From an uncultured Chloroflexia bacterium (lineage in GTDB: Bacteria > Chloroflexota > Chloroflexia > Thermomicrobiales > UBA6265), in contig CAVRUC010000013.1 in assembly GCA_963724295.1 (NCBI GenBank), positions 96,001-160,000 of the forward strand: a stretch of 64,000 nt of DNA, given 5' to 3'. A program made the position numbers and the translations under genes. The notes below the pieces were generated by a model, which saw nothing but the letters and a program-made list of their open reading frames with translations, ran no database searches and was not told where the DNA came from. This document shows positions 29,825 to 41,200 of this stretch, piece after piece (position 1 is the stretch's first letter; each line of letters starts with the position of its first letter).

Positions 29825-30863
29825 GGTCGCACGGGGTATAGTCGCCGCCTCCACCATTGGCGCCTCGGCCGACGTCTCGGTCGTTATTTGCGCGTACACC
29901 GAGGACCGTTGGCTCGATCTCATGGCGGCGATCGATTCCGTCCGAAAGCAGACGGTGCCGGCTCGGGAAGTCGTGGTCGTCGTCGATCACAACGAGCACC
30001 TGTTGGCGCGGGTGCGGTCCCTAGCAGAAGACCTGGTCGTCGTCGAGAACGCCGAAGCCCGCGGGCTCTCGGGGGCCCGCAATAGTGGGGTCGCCGCGGC
30101 GGGGGGCAAGATCGTTGCCTTTCTCGACGACGACGCGCTGGCGGCGAACGACTGGCTCGAGCACCTCGCCGCCGGCTACGACGAGCCGCGGGTTCTGGGC
30201 GTAGGGGGAGCGATCGAGCCGCTCTGGAACGGTCGTCCTCCCCGCTGGTTTCCGGCCGAGTTCCACTGGGTTGTCGGCTGCACCTATCGCGGGATGCCCG
30301 AGACCACGGCGACCGTCCGCAACCTGATCGGCGCCAATATGTCGTTCCGGCGGGCGGTCTTCGAGGGCGTTGGCGGATTCCATGCCGGCGTCGGTCGGGT
30401 CGGCGCCCTGCCCGTCGGCTGCGAGGAGACCGAGCTCTGCATCCGTGGCCGTCAGCGCTGGCCGGACGGCGTCTGGCGCTACGAGCCGCGGGCCCGCGTG
30501 CGGCACAAGGTCCTCGGGCGGCGGACCAGTTGGGACTACTTCCGCTCGCGCTGCTACGCCGAAGGCCGCTCCAAGGCGGTGGTCGCGCGACTGGTCGGCG
30601 CCGGCGACGGGTTGGCGTCGGAACGCGCGTACACGATGCGGACCCTGCCGGCCGGGGTCGTGGCCGGCCTGGCAACGACGATGCGCGGTGATCCTTCCGG
30701 GTTGGCTCGGGCCGGCGCCATCGTCGGCGGCCTGGCGATCACAACGGCCGGCTACGTGGCCGGCACAGCGGCGACGCGACGCCGCTCCGGCTCGGGCACC
30801 GTCGCCCACGAACGATCAAGCAGCCACCGCGCCTCGGGCGCGGCGGCACCAGGGAGGGGATAA
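29817..30863 (+). CDS. GT2 glycosyltransferase
   Basis: SVVICAY, GLSGARN, FLDDDA, GANMSFRR and GCEETE. Confidence 0.92.
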   Translation: MTEVARGIVAASTIGASADVSVVICAYTEDRWLDLMAAIDSVRKQTVPAREVVVVVDHNEHLLARVRSLAEDLVVVENAEARGLSGARNSGVAAAGGKIVAFLDDDALAANDWLEHLAAGYDEPRVLGVGGAIEPLWNGRPPRWFPAEFHWVVGCTYRGMPETTATVRNLIGANMSFRRAVFEGVGGFHAGVGRVGALPVGCEETELCIRGRQRWPDGVWRYEPRARVRHKVLGRRTSWDYFRSRCYAEGRSKAVVARLVGAGDGLASERAYTMRTLPAGVVAGLATTMRGDPSGLARAGAIVGGLAITTAGYVAGTAATRRRSGSGTVAHERSSSHRASGAAAPGRG

Positions 30864-30870
30864 GAACGGG

Positions 30871-32028
30871 ATGAGCAAGAAGAATCATTGGATCGAGTTC
30901 AACATTCACGACCGGGCGACGATGCGCGTGGCGCGGGACGCACCGACCGCCTTGCTCTTGCGGGACATGTTCGCGCCGTTCCTGGCCGAGGGGCTGGGGC
31001 ACTACGACCTGACGATCACCGGACGGCCCGAGCCCCTGGTCGGCGCGGCGCACGGCGAAACCGAGTACGACTACACCGACACCGCGGTCCAGCTCAACTC
31101 GAGCGGCGTCCAGGTCTTGGTCGAAGAGGGCGGCTTCCGCCTCAACGGCTCGCGAGAGCTGCTCGTCGCGGCGTTGCCCCTGATCGACCGCATCCTGGTG
31201 ACGCGGGGCGTGGCGATGGTCCATGCCGCCACCGTTGACTTCCGCGGCCACGGGATCTGCATGCCGGCCTGGGGCGGTACTGGCAAGACGAGCACGATCG
31301 CCAAGCTGCTCAAGCTGGACGGCGTTGCCTTCATGGGCGACGACTGGGCCTTCCTCGACAACGGCGGCCAGTTGCTCGGCTACGCCAAGCCGATGTTCAT
31401 CAAGCCCCACCACCGGCGGATCTACCCGCACCTGTTCGAACGCCGCCGGAAGCCGCTGGTGCCGACCCGGCTCTCACGGCCGCTCGGGCGATTGACGACG
31501 ATCGTCCACCCGCTGATCACCCGCTACCCGCGGCTGGCGCGGGCGACGCGGAAGTGGTCGCCGGAGCACATGATGGTGACGCCGCAGGCCGCCTTCCCGC
31601 ACGCCCTGGTCTCGACCGCGGCCCCGCTGGCGATCGCCGTCTTCGTCGAGCGCCACGAGGGCGCCAAGCCAGTGATGACGGAGCGCGACCAGTCGTGGAT
31701 GGTGTCGCGGTTGGTCGGCAACTTCCACGCCGAGATTGCGCCGCAGTCGCAGGCGGTGATCACGGCGCTGGGAGCGACGGGGTTGGTTCCCATCGAACGT
31801 TACTTCGCCGAGAAGGCGGCGGTGCTCGAACGCGCGCTGGTCGGGAAGCCCGCGTTTCTGCTCCAGGTGCCGCAGGCGTACTCGCCGGACGAGGCCTCCG
31901 ACGTGATCGTGGCCCACCTCCAGGAGGCGCTGGCCCGCGCCGGCGTTGGCGAGGCGCGGGCCGTCGGGACCGAGGTGGCGGCCACGGCCCGCCGGCCGGC
32001 GACGGTCGACGGCACTCCGCCGCGGTAG
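30871..32028 (+). CDS. HPr-kinase/PEPCK-like P-loop protein
   Basis: HAATV...AWGGTGKTST...FMGDDW matches the H-x(n)-Walker A-DD layout; cotranscribed with the GT2 genes. Confidence 0.75.
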   Translation: MSKKNHWIEFNIHDRATMRVARDAPTALLLRDMFAPFLAEGLGHYDLTITGRPEPLVGAAHGETEYDYTDTAVQLNSSGVQVLVEEGGFRLNGSRELLVAALPLIDRILVTRGVAMVHAATVDFRGHGICMPAWGGTGKTSTIAKLLKLDGVAFMGDDWAFLDNGGQLLGYAKPMFIKPHHRRIYPHLFERRRKPLVPTRLSRPLGRLTTIVHPLITRYPRLARATRKWSPEHMMVTPQAAFPHALVSTAAPLAIAVFVERHEGAKPVMTERDQSWMVSRLVGNFHAEIAPQSQAVITALGATGLVPIERYFAEKAAVLERALVGKPAFLLQVPQAYSPDEASDVIVAHLQEALARAGVGEARAVGTEVAATARRPATVDGTPPR

Positions 32029-32075
32029 CCGCGGGCGCTTCCAAGACAGGCGTTCACGTCTGGCTCCGATGAACG

Positions 32076-32096
32076 GGCGAGCCGCATCGGCTCGCC
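32076..32096. terminator. GC-rich hairpin after the GT operon
   Basis: GGCGAGCCG-CAT-CGGCTCGCC, a 9-bp stem with no U-tract. Confidence 0.45.
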
Positions 32097-32101
32097 GGTC
32101 C

Positions 32102-32169
32102 TGGCTCATTTGAGCCACCGAAATGCAGTTCGTTCGCGGGATGGCCCGCCGAGGCGGCGGGTCTATGCT
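32102..32169 (+). promoter_or_regulatory. Operator pair + -10 (site C) upstream of giant protein 1
   Basis: TGGCTCATTTGAGCCA (32102), CAGTTCGTTCGCGGGA (32126), 22 bp, TATGCT (32164). Confidence 0.72.
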
Positions 32170-32294
32170 TGCGGCACAGCCATTTCTTGGCATGCTCGGT
32201 CGTGGCCCCGGAACGGGGTGGACACGGCCGGCAATGATGGTGATTGGGAACCCCGACGCGCTCGCCGGGAACACCGGGGGACGGGCTCCACTCT

Positions 32295-35200
32295 ATGCGC
32301 ACCACACGTCGAACGGGCTCTTCGATCCTGACCTGGCTGCTGCTGCTGGCGCTGGTCGTCAGCGCCCTGCCGGCGCCGGCTATGACGGCGCCCCTCCCGG
32401 CACCGGCGGTGACGGCACCCCTCCCGGTGGCGGCCGCCGCCGCGGCGACGAAGGGTGCGCCCGCCCAGGACGACACCGACCCACCCCAGACCGAGATCGC
32501 GCGCAAGCCGCCGGCGCGGACGGATGCCGCCGAGGCGTCATTCACCTACCGCTCCTCCGAGCGCGAGGGCCGCTTCGAGTGCGCCCTCGACCAGGGTCGC
32601 TTCCAGCCTTGCAAGGCCGACGGCCACCGCTACCGCGGCCTGGGCCCGGGTCGCCACGTCTTCGCGGTGCGGGCCATCGACAAGGCCGGCAACGCCGACA
32701 AGAGTCCGGCCCGCCACGCGTGGACGGTCGAGGCCGCCACATCGGCGGACCCGCCGGCGCAGCAGACGGACGAGCGCCAGGACAAGCCGGCCGGAAACGC
32801 GGGTGATGATCCGTCCGCGCCCGCCCCCGAGGGCAAAGACGACAAGAGCGGTGCGGGCGAGGCCAAGCCGCCCGAGACGCGGCTCGAGGAGAAGCCGGCG
32901 GGCCGGACGTCTGAGGCCACGGCCACGTTCCGCTATGCGTCGTCCGAGTCCGACGCGACCTTCGAGTGCGCCCTCGACGGGGCGGGGTTCGAGCCGTGCC
33001 CGGCCGGCGGCCAAGAGTACCGCGACCTGCGCCCGGGTCAGCACGCCTTCACGGTCCGCGCTGTCGACGCCGCGGGCAACCGCGACGAGACGCCGGCGAC
33101 CCATGGCTGGACCATCGCCCAGGCGAAGCCAGCAGAGAAGCGTCGGGGCGGCGACGAGCAGCGCCCCGACGCGGACGCGCCCAACCCGGGCCCCGAGGAT
33201 GGGTCAGCCGAGCCGCGCGACGGCGACGCGGCCCCGCCGGAGACGACGATCGAGGCCAAGCCGCCCGCGCGTACCGGCGCCGAGGCGGCGTTCGCCTACG
33301 CCGCCTCGGAGAAGGACGCCACGTTCCAGTGCCGGCTCGACCGCGGCCGCTTCGAGCCGTGCGAGGCCGGCAGCCACACCTACCGCAACCTGCGCGACGG
33401 CAAGCACGCCTTTGCGGTGCGGGCGGTTGACACCGCCGGCAACGCCGACAAGACCCCGGCGACCCACACCTGGACGGTCGACACGACCGGCCCCCAGGTG
33501 GCACGTCTCGCCCCCCGGCACCGAGCCAAGGACGTCGCCGTCGACGCCGACGTGGCGGCGGTCTTCAGCGAAGCGATGGACCCGTCCAGCCTGACGACGA
33601 AGACGTTCACGCTCGTTCCGGAGGGGGGCGACGCGCCAGTCGCGGCGACGGTGAAGTACGACGCTGCAGACAAGCGGGCCGTGCTCGACCCGGAGGCCGG
33701 CCTCGCGGCGGGGACGACCTATACGGCGACCGTGACCACCGCCGCCGACGCGGCCGGCAACAAGCTGGCCGCCGCCAAGGCGTGGCGCTTCACGACCGCC
33801 GCGCCGGCGAAGCCCGCGCCCCCGAAGACGACCATCGGGGAGAAGCCGCCGGCCCGGACTGAGGCGACGGAGGCGACCTTCACCTACCGCTCCTCGGACC
33901 CGAAGGCGACCTTCGAGTGCGCCCTCGACGCGGGCGACTTCGCACCCTGCCCGGCGGACGGCCAGTCGTACCGCGATCTGGGCCCCGGCCGGCACGTCTT
34001 CAAGGTCCGGGCCATCGGCGGCGGTGGCGTCGACAAATCACCGGCCAAGCACGAGTGGACTGCCGAGACTGCCGCGGTGGAACCGCCGGCCACCGAGCCG
34101 CCCGGGGATCGGGACGGCGACGGCGGCAACGGGGACGCGGAACCGGCCGCTCCGGGCGACGGCGACGAGACGCCTGAAGACCCGGGGGACGGCGCGCCCG
34201 AGCCGCCGCAAGACGGCGCGGACGCGGCCGAGTGGGTCGCCTTCGCCGATGGCTTCGAGGGCGGCGACCTGGCCCAGTGGACGGGCGGGAAGGGACTGCG
34301 GGTCCAAGCCGATGAGGCGGCGGCGGGGCGGTACGGGGCGCGGGCCAAGAGCGCCGGCGACGCCGCGTTCGCGACCAAGACACTCAGCCAGGAGCAGAGC
34401 GACCTGTACGCGCGGGTCAAGTTCAAGATCCTCGCTCAAGGCAAGAACCCCGTCACCCTGCTCGCCCTCCGCACCGCCGCTGGCGACGGGCTGGTGAGCC
34501 TGAATGTCGGGAGTGACGGCCGCCTCAACGTCCGCAACTCGGTCACCGGCGCGACCGCCGCCGGCCCGACGGCTGTCACCAAAGGGGTCTGGCACGAGGT
34601 GGAGGTCCACGTCCGGACCGGGGCGTCGGGCGAGGTCGAGGTCTGGTACGACGGCCAGCGGATCGACAAGCTGAGCGGAAGCCGGCGGCTGGGAACGAAG
34701 GCCATCGGGCGAGTCGTCCTCGGGGAGAGCACCCGGGGGGGCGCGTACGACGTGGCGTTCGACGACATCGCCGTCGACACGAGCTTCGTTTCCCCGGAGA
34801 TCGTGGCCGACGACGCCGAGCGCGACACCACCGCACCGGCGCCGAACGACGGCGTGTTCACCACTGCGGCGAGTGGCACCGAGCTGGAGACGACGATCAA
34901 TTCCAGCCCGTCGAGTCTGACCAACAGCACCGAGGCACAGTTCACGTTCTCGGCCAGCCAGTCCGGCGCGAAGTTCCAGTGCCGGTTCGACTCGACCGCT
35001 GAGGCGGCCTGGGCGAGCTGCACGAGCCCCAAGACGTACACGGTAGGCGAGGGCAACCACACCTTCGAGGTGCGGGCTACCAAGGCGGGCAGCACGGACC
35101 CGACGCCGGCCAGCCACACCTGGACGGTCGACACGACGGCACCGGAGACGACGCTGAGTCGGCGACGGCCAGCCAATCCGACCAAGCTGACGGACGCCAC

Positions 35201-38200
35201 GTTCACGTTCTCGAGCGAGGCCGGTGCCACCTTCGAGTGCAAGCTCGACGGCGGGGCCTACGAGGGCTGCGCATCGCCCAAGGCCTACGGCGGCCTGCCT
35301 GACGGTCCCCACACCTTCGCCGTGCGGGCCAAGGACGCCGCCGGCAACCCCGACCCGTCGCCCGCCACCCACGGCTGGACGGTCGACACGACCGCGGAGA
35401 CGACGATCGACGCCGCTCCCCCGAGCTCGACCAACAGCGCCGAGGCGACGTTCCGGTTCTCCAGCGAGGCAGGCGCGGCCTTCGCGTGCAGCCTCGACGG
35501 CGGAGCCTTCGATCCCTGCGCGAGCCCCAAGACCTACAGCGGCCTGGGCGAGGGCGCGCACACGTTCGAGGTGCGGGCCACCGACGCGCTCGGCAACGTC
35601 GACCCGACGCCGGCCAGCCATACGTGGACCGTCGACGCGACGGCGCCGGAGACGACGCTGAGCGACAAGCCAGCCGACCCGACCAACCAGGCGGGCGCCA
35701 CGTTCGCCTTCTCCGCCGACGAGTCCGGCGCGACCTTCGAGTGCAAGCTCGACGGGGCGGCCTTCGCCCCGTGCACCTCGCCCACGAGCTACGAGGACCT
35801 GGCCGACGGCGCGCACACGTTCGACGTGCGGGCCACCGACGCGGCGGGCAACACGGACCCGACGCCGGCCAGCCACACCTGGACCATCGACGCGACGGCG
35901 CCGGAGACGACCCTGGCCGGCGACGCGCCAGCCGACCCGACCACGCTGACGGACGGCACGTTCGCCTTCTCGTCGGACGACGCGGATGCCGTCTTCGAGT
36001 GTCGGCTCGACGGCGCGGTCTGGGCGGGCTGCGAGAGCGCCAAGACCTACACCGACCTCGGCGACGGTACCCACACGTTCGACGTGCGGGCGAGCGACGC
36101 GCTGGGCAACGTCGACCCGACGCCGGCCAGCCACACCTGGACCATCGACACGACCGCTCCGGAGACGACGCTGAGTGACAAGCCAGCCGACCCGACCACG
36201 CTGACGGACGGCATCATTCACCTTCTCCAGTGAGCCCGGTGCAAGCTTCGAGTGCGCCCTCGATGGAGGGGGCTGGGCGGGCTGCGAGAGCCCCAAGGCC
36301 TACAGCGGTCTGGGCGAGGGTGCGCACACGTTCGACGTGCGGGCCACCGACGCGGTGGGCAACACGGACCCGACGCCGGCCAGCCACACCTGGACCATCG
36401 ACGCGACGGCGCCGGAGACGACCCTGGTCGGCGACGCGCCAGCCGACCCGACCAAGCTGACGGACGCCACGTTCACGTCTCGCGAGCGAGGCCGGTGCCA
36501 CCTTCGAGTGCAAGCTCGACGGCGGGGCCTACGAGGGCTGCGCATCGCCCCAGACCTACGGCGAGCTGCCCGACGGGGCCCATGCCTTCGAGGTGCGGGC
36601 CATCGATGCCGCCGGCAACGCCGACCCGACGCCGGCCAGCCACGACTGGACGGTCGACACGACCGCTCCGGAGACGACGATCGACGCCGGCCCGGCCGAC
36701 CGGGCCAACAGCACGTCGGCGACGTTCACTTTCTCGTCGAACGAGCTGATCGCCACGTACGAGTGCGCTCTCGACGACGCGGCCTTCAGCCTCTGCACCT
36801 CGCCGGCAGAGTACACGGGTTTGGCAGACGGTGAGCACACCTTCCAAGTGCGGGCGACGGACGTGCTGGGGAACACCGATCCGACGCCAGCCAGCCATGC
36901 TTGGACGGTCGACGCGACGGCGCCAACGGTCACGACCGTGGCGCCGGCGGACGGCGCGACCGACGTCATTACCACCGCCAACGTCAAGGTGACCTTCTCG
37001 GAGGCGATGGACCCGACTACCCTGACGACGGACACGTTCACGCTCGTCCCGCAAGGCAGCGGCACGGCCGTCACCGCGAGGGTGACCTACGACGGCGCAA
37101 CCCAGGAGGCGATCCTCATCCCGGACGCCGACCTGGTTGCCGGGACGACCTACACGGCGACGGTGACCGCCGGGGCCAAGGATCTGGCGGGCAACACGCT
37201 GCCGACCGATAAATGTCTGGTCCTTCACGGTTGCGGACACGACGCCGCCGCAGACGACGCTGGACGACAAGCCCGCCGACCTGATCGACAGCGCCGAGGC
37301 GACGTTCACGTTCTCGAGCGAGCCCAGCGCAAGCTTCGAGTGCCGGCTGGACTCGGTCGACGAGGCGGCCTGGGCGAGCTGTACGAGCCCCACGACCTAC
37401 AGCGGCCTGGGCGACGGGCGCGCACACGTTCGACGTGCGGGCCACCGACGCGGCGGGCAACACGGATCCGACGCCGGCGTCCGACGCCTGGACGGTTGAC
37501 ACCACCGCCCCCACGGTCACGACCGTGGCGCCGGCGGACGGCGCGACCGATGTCGCCACCGCCGCCACCGTCAGGGCCACCTTCTCGGAGGCGATGGACT
37601 CGACCACCCTGACGGGGGCCACCTTCACGCTGGTTGCGCAAGGGAGCAGCACTACCCGTCGTCGCCGCGGTAACGTACGACGAGGGGACCAAGCAGGCGA
37701 CACTTGATCCCGATGCCGACCTGGAGCTGGCCACTGTCTACACCGCGATGGTGACCACAGGCGCGACAGACGCCGCCGGCAACCCGTTGGCGGCGGACGA
37801 GACGTGGTCCTTCACCACCGTTGCGCTGGCCGACACCACCGCGCCGGAGACGGCCATCGACGCCGGCCCGTCCGGCACGACCAACGAGACGACGGCCAGC
37901 TTCGCCTTCTCGGCGACCGAGCCGGGCGCGACCTTCGAGTGCGCGCTCGACGGCGGGCCGTTCACGGCGTGCGCCTCGCCCACCGACTACAGCGGTCTGG
38001 GCGACGGGGAGCACACCTTCGCGACCCGGGCCAAGGACGCGGCGGGTAACGTCGACCCGACGCCGGCCACCCAGGCGTGGACCGTCGACGCGACGGCGCC
38101 GGCCGTGACCGGCATCGGTCCGGCCGACGGGGCGACCGGCGTCGCCGCGGGCGCCAACGTCGCCGCGGTCTTCTCCGAGGCGATGGACGTGGCCGCCGTG

Positions 38201-41200
38201 GCGGCGGCGTTCACGCTGGCGCCGCAGGGTGGCGGACCGGTCGCGGCGACCGTCACCTACGATCCGGCGACGAAGAAGGCGACACTGAACCCGACGGCCG
38301 ACCTGGCTCCGGGCACCGCCTACACGGCGACGGTCAAGGGCGGGGCGAGCGGGGCCAAGGACCTCGCCGGCAATCCACTCGCGGCCGACAAGACCTGGTC
38401 GTTCGCCACCGCCGGCCCCGACGCGCTGACCGTCGCGGTCGAGGCCGACGCCTGGGTGGAGAGCACCAACCCGGGCGTCAACCACGGCAGCGAGCAGTGC
38501 CTGAACGCCGACAACAGCCCACAGCAGGAGACCTACCTCAAGTTCACCGTCAGCGGCGTGACGGGGACGGTCACCGGCGCCACCCTCCGCCTGACCTCCT
38601 ACAACGGGACCCCCAACGGCCCGAAGATCTACGGGGTGACGGAGAACGGCTGGTCGGAGACGGGAATCACCTGGAGCACCAAGCCGGCTCGCAGCGGCGG
38701 CGCGCTCGACGACGAGGGCGAGGTCACGGCCACCGCCAACGCCCCGGCCGTGGTCGAGTACAACGTCGGCGCCCTGGTCAACGGCAACGGCACCTACACC
38801 TTCAATCTGGTCGCCGACCATAGCGACGCCATCCAGTTCCGCTCGAGGGAGTACGGCACCGCCGCTCAACGGCCGCAGCTCGTGCTCCAACTCAACGGCG
38901 CGGGCAGCGCGCTGGAGACGACGATCGATCGGCGGGCCGTTCCCGGCAATCCGACCACCAGCACGACGGCCACGTTCACCTTCTCGGCGAACGACCCCGG
39001 TGCGACCTTCGAGTGCAAGCTGGACGGGGCGGCCTTCGCCGCCTGCGACTCGCCGAAGCAGTACACCGGCCTGGCCGCCGGGCCGCACACCTTCCAGGTC
39101 CGGGCCAGCGACCTGGCCGGCAACGGCACCGACCCGACGCCGGCGGCGCACACCTGGACCGTCGACACGACGCCGCCGACGGTGGCGACCGTGGCAGCCG
39201 GCCGATGGCGCGGCCGACGTTGCCACCAGCGCCAACGTCGCGGCGACCTTCTCGGAGGCGATGGACACGGCGTCCGTGGAGGCGCAGGGCGTCTTCACGC
39301 TGGTCGCCCAGGGCGGCTCGAGCCGTCGCCGCCGCGGTCACCTACGACCCGGCGACCAGAAAAGCCACCTTGAACCCGAACGCCGACCTGACACCGAACA
39401 CAACCTACACCGCCAGGGTCCTGGGCGGCGCCAGCGGGGCAAAGGACACCGGCCGGAACGCGCTCGCCGCCGACCGGGTCTGGTCCTTCACCGTCGCGAC
39501 CGACACGACCCCGCCGACGGTCGTCTCCGTCCTGCCGACGGAGGAGGCGACGGGCGTCGCCGTCGCCAGCAACGTCGAGGTTGTCTTCTCGGAGGCGATG
39601 GACGCCACGACCTTGACCTCAACCACCGTCACGCTGACACAAGACGGCGGAGCGGTCGCCGCGACCGTTACCTACGACGACGCCGCCAAGAAGGCGATTC
39701 TCGATCCGAGTGCCGACCTGACGCCGGCGACGACCTACACGGCGACGGTCAAGGGCGGGGCGAGCGGGGCGAAGGACACCAGCGGGCTGCCGCTGGCGGC
39801 CGACAAGACCTGGTCCTTCACGACCGCCGACGTCACCGCGCCGACGGTCACCAGCGTCGCCCCGGCCGACGCCGCGACAGGCGTGGCGGCCGGCGCCAAC
39901 GTTGCCGCGGTCTTCTCCGAGGCGATGGACGCGGCGACCCTGACGACGGCCACCTTTACGCTGGTGCGCCAGGGCACGACGACGCCTGTGGCCGCTCCGG
40001 TGACCTACGACGCGGCTGCCAAACGGGCGACGCTGGATCCGGACGCCAACCTGGCGGCCGGGGCGACCTACACGGCGACGGTCAAGGGCGGGGCGAGCGG
40101 GGCCAAGGACCTGGCCGGCAACCCGCTGGCCGCCGACCGGGTCTGGTCCTTCACGACCGCCGGCACGACGATGACCGCGGCCGTCGAAGCCGATGCCTGG
40201 GTCGAGAGTGCCAATCCGAGCCTGAACCACGGCACCGACCAGTTTCTGAGCATCGACAACAGCCCGCTCAGCGAAGGGTTCCTGCGCTTCACGGTCAGCG
40301 GGGCGGGCGATATCTCGCAGGCCAAGCTGCGCCTCTACGCCTACAACGGGACCGACAACGCCCCGAAGGTCTACCGGGTGACCGACAACAGTTGGTCAGA
40401 GACGGGCATCACCTGGAGCACCAAGCCGGCCCGGAGCGGCACGCCCGTCGACACCACGTCTTTGGTCCCCACGAACTCCTGGGTCGAGTACGACGTGTCG
40501 TCGATGGTCACGGCCAACGGCACCTATACCTTCAACCTGGTGCCGGACACCGGCGACCTCCTCCAGGTTCGGTCCCGGGAGTACGCGGCCGATCCGACAC
40601 TGCGCCCGCAGTTGGTGCTGACGGTCGGCGCTCCGGGTGGCCCCGAGACGATGATCGACCCGCCCCACCCCGGCCAACCCGACCAACCAGATGAGTGCCA
40701 CGTTCACCTTCTCCTCGAATCAGCCGGGCACAACCTTCGAGTGCAAGCTCGACGGCTCGGCCTTCGCGGCTTGCACTTCGCCGAAGCAGTACACCGGCCT
40801 GGCCGCCGGGCAGCACACGTTCGAGGTGCGGGCGATCGACGCGGCCGGCAACCCGGACGAGACGCCGGCGGCGCACACCTGGACGGTCGACACGACGCCG
40901 CCGACGGTGGCGACCGTGGTGCCGGCCGATGGCGCGCCGAACGCGCCCTCGACGGCGAACGTCGAGGCGACCTTCTCCGAGGCGATGGACCCGGCGACGC
41001 TGACCGGGGCGACGTTCATGCTGGTCGCGCAGGGGAGCGGCAGCCCCGTCGCCGCCCAGGTCAGCCCCGACGCCGGCGCGACGAAGGCGATCCTGAACCC
41101 AGACGCGGATCTGACGCCAGGCGTAACCTACAACGCCACGGTCAGCACCGGGGCGAAGGACGCGGCCGGCAACACTTTGGCGGCCGGCTACCTCTGGTCC

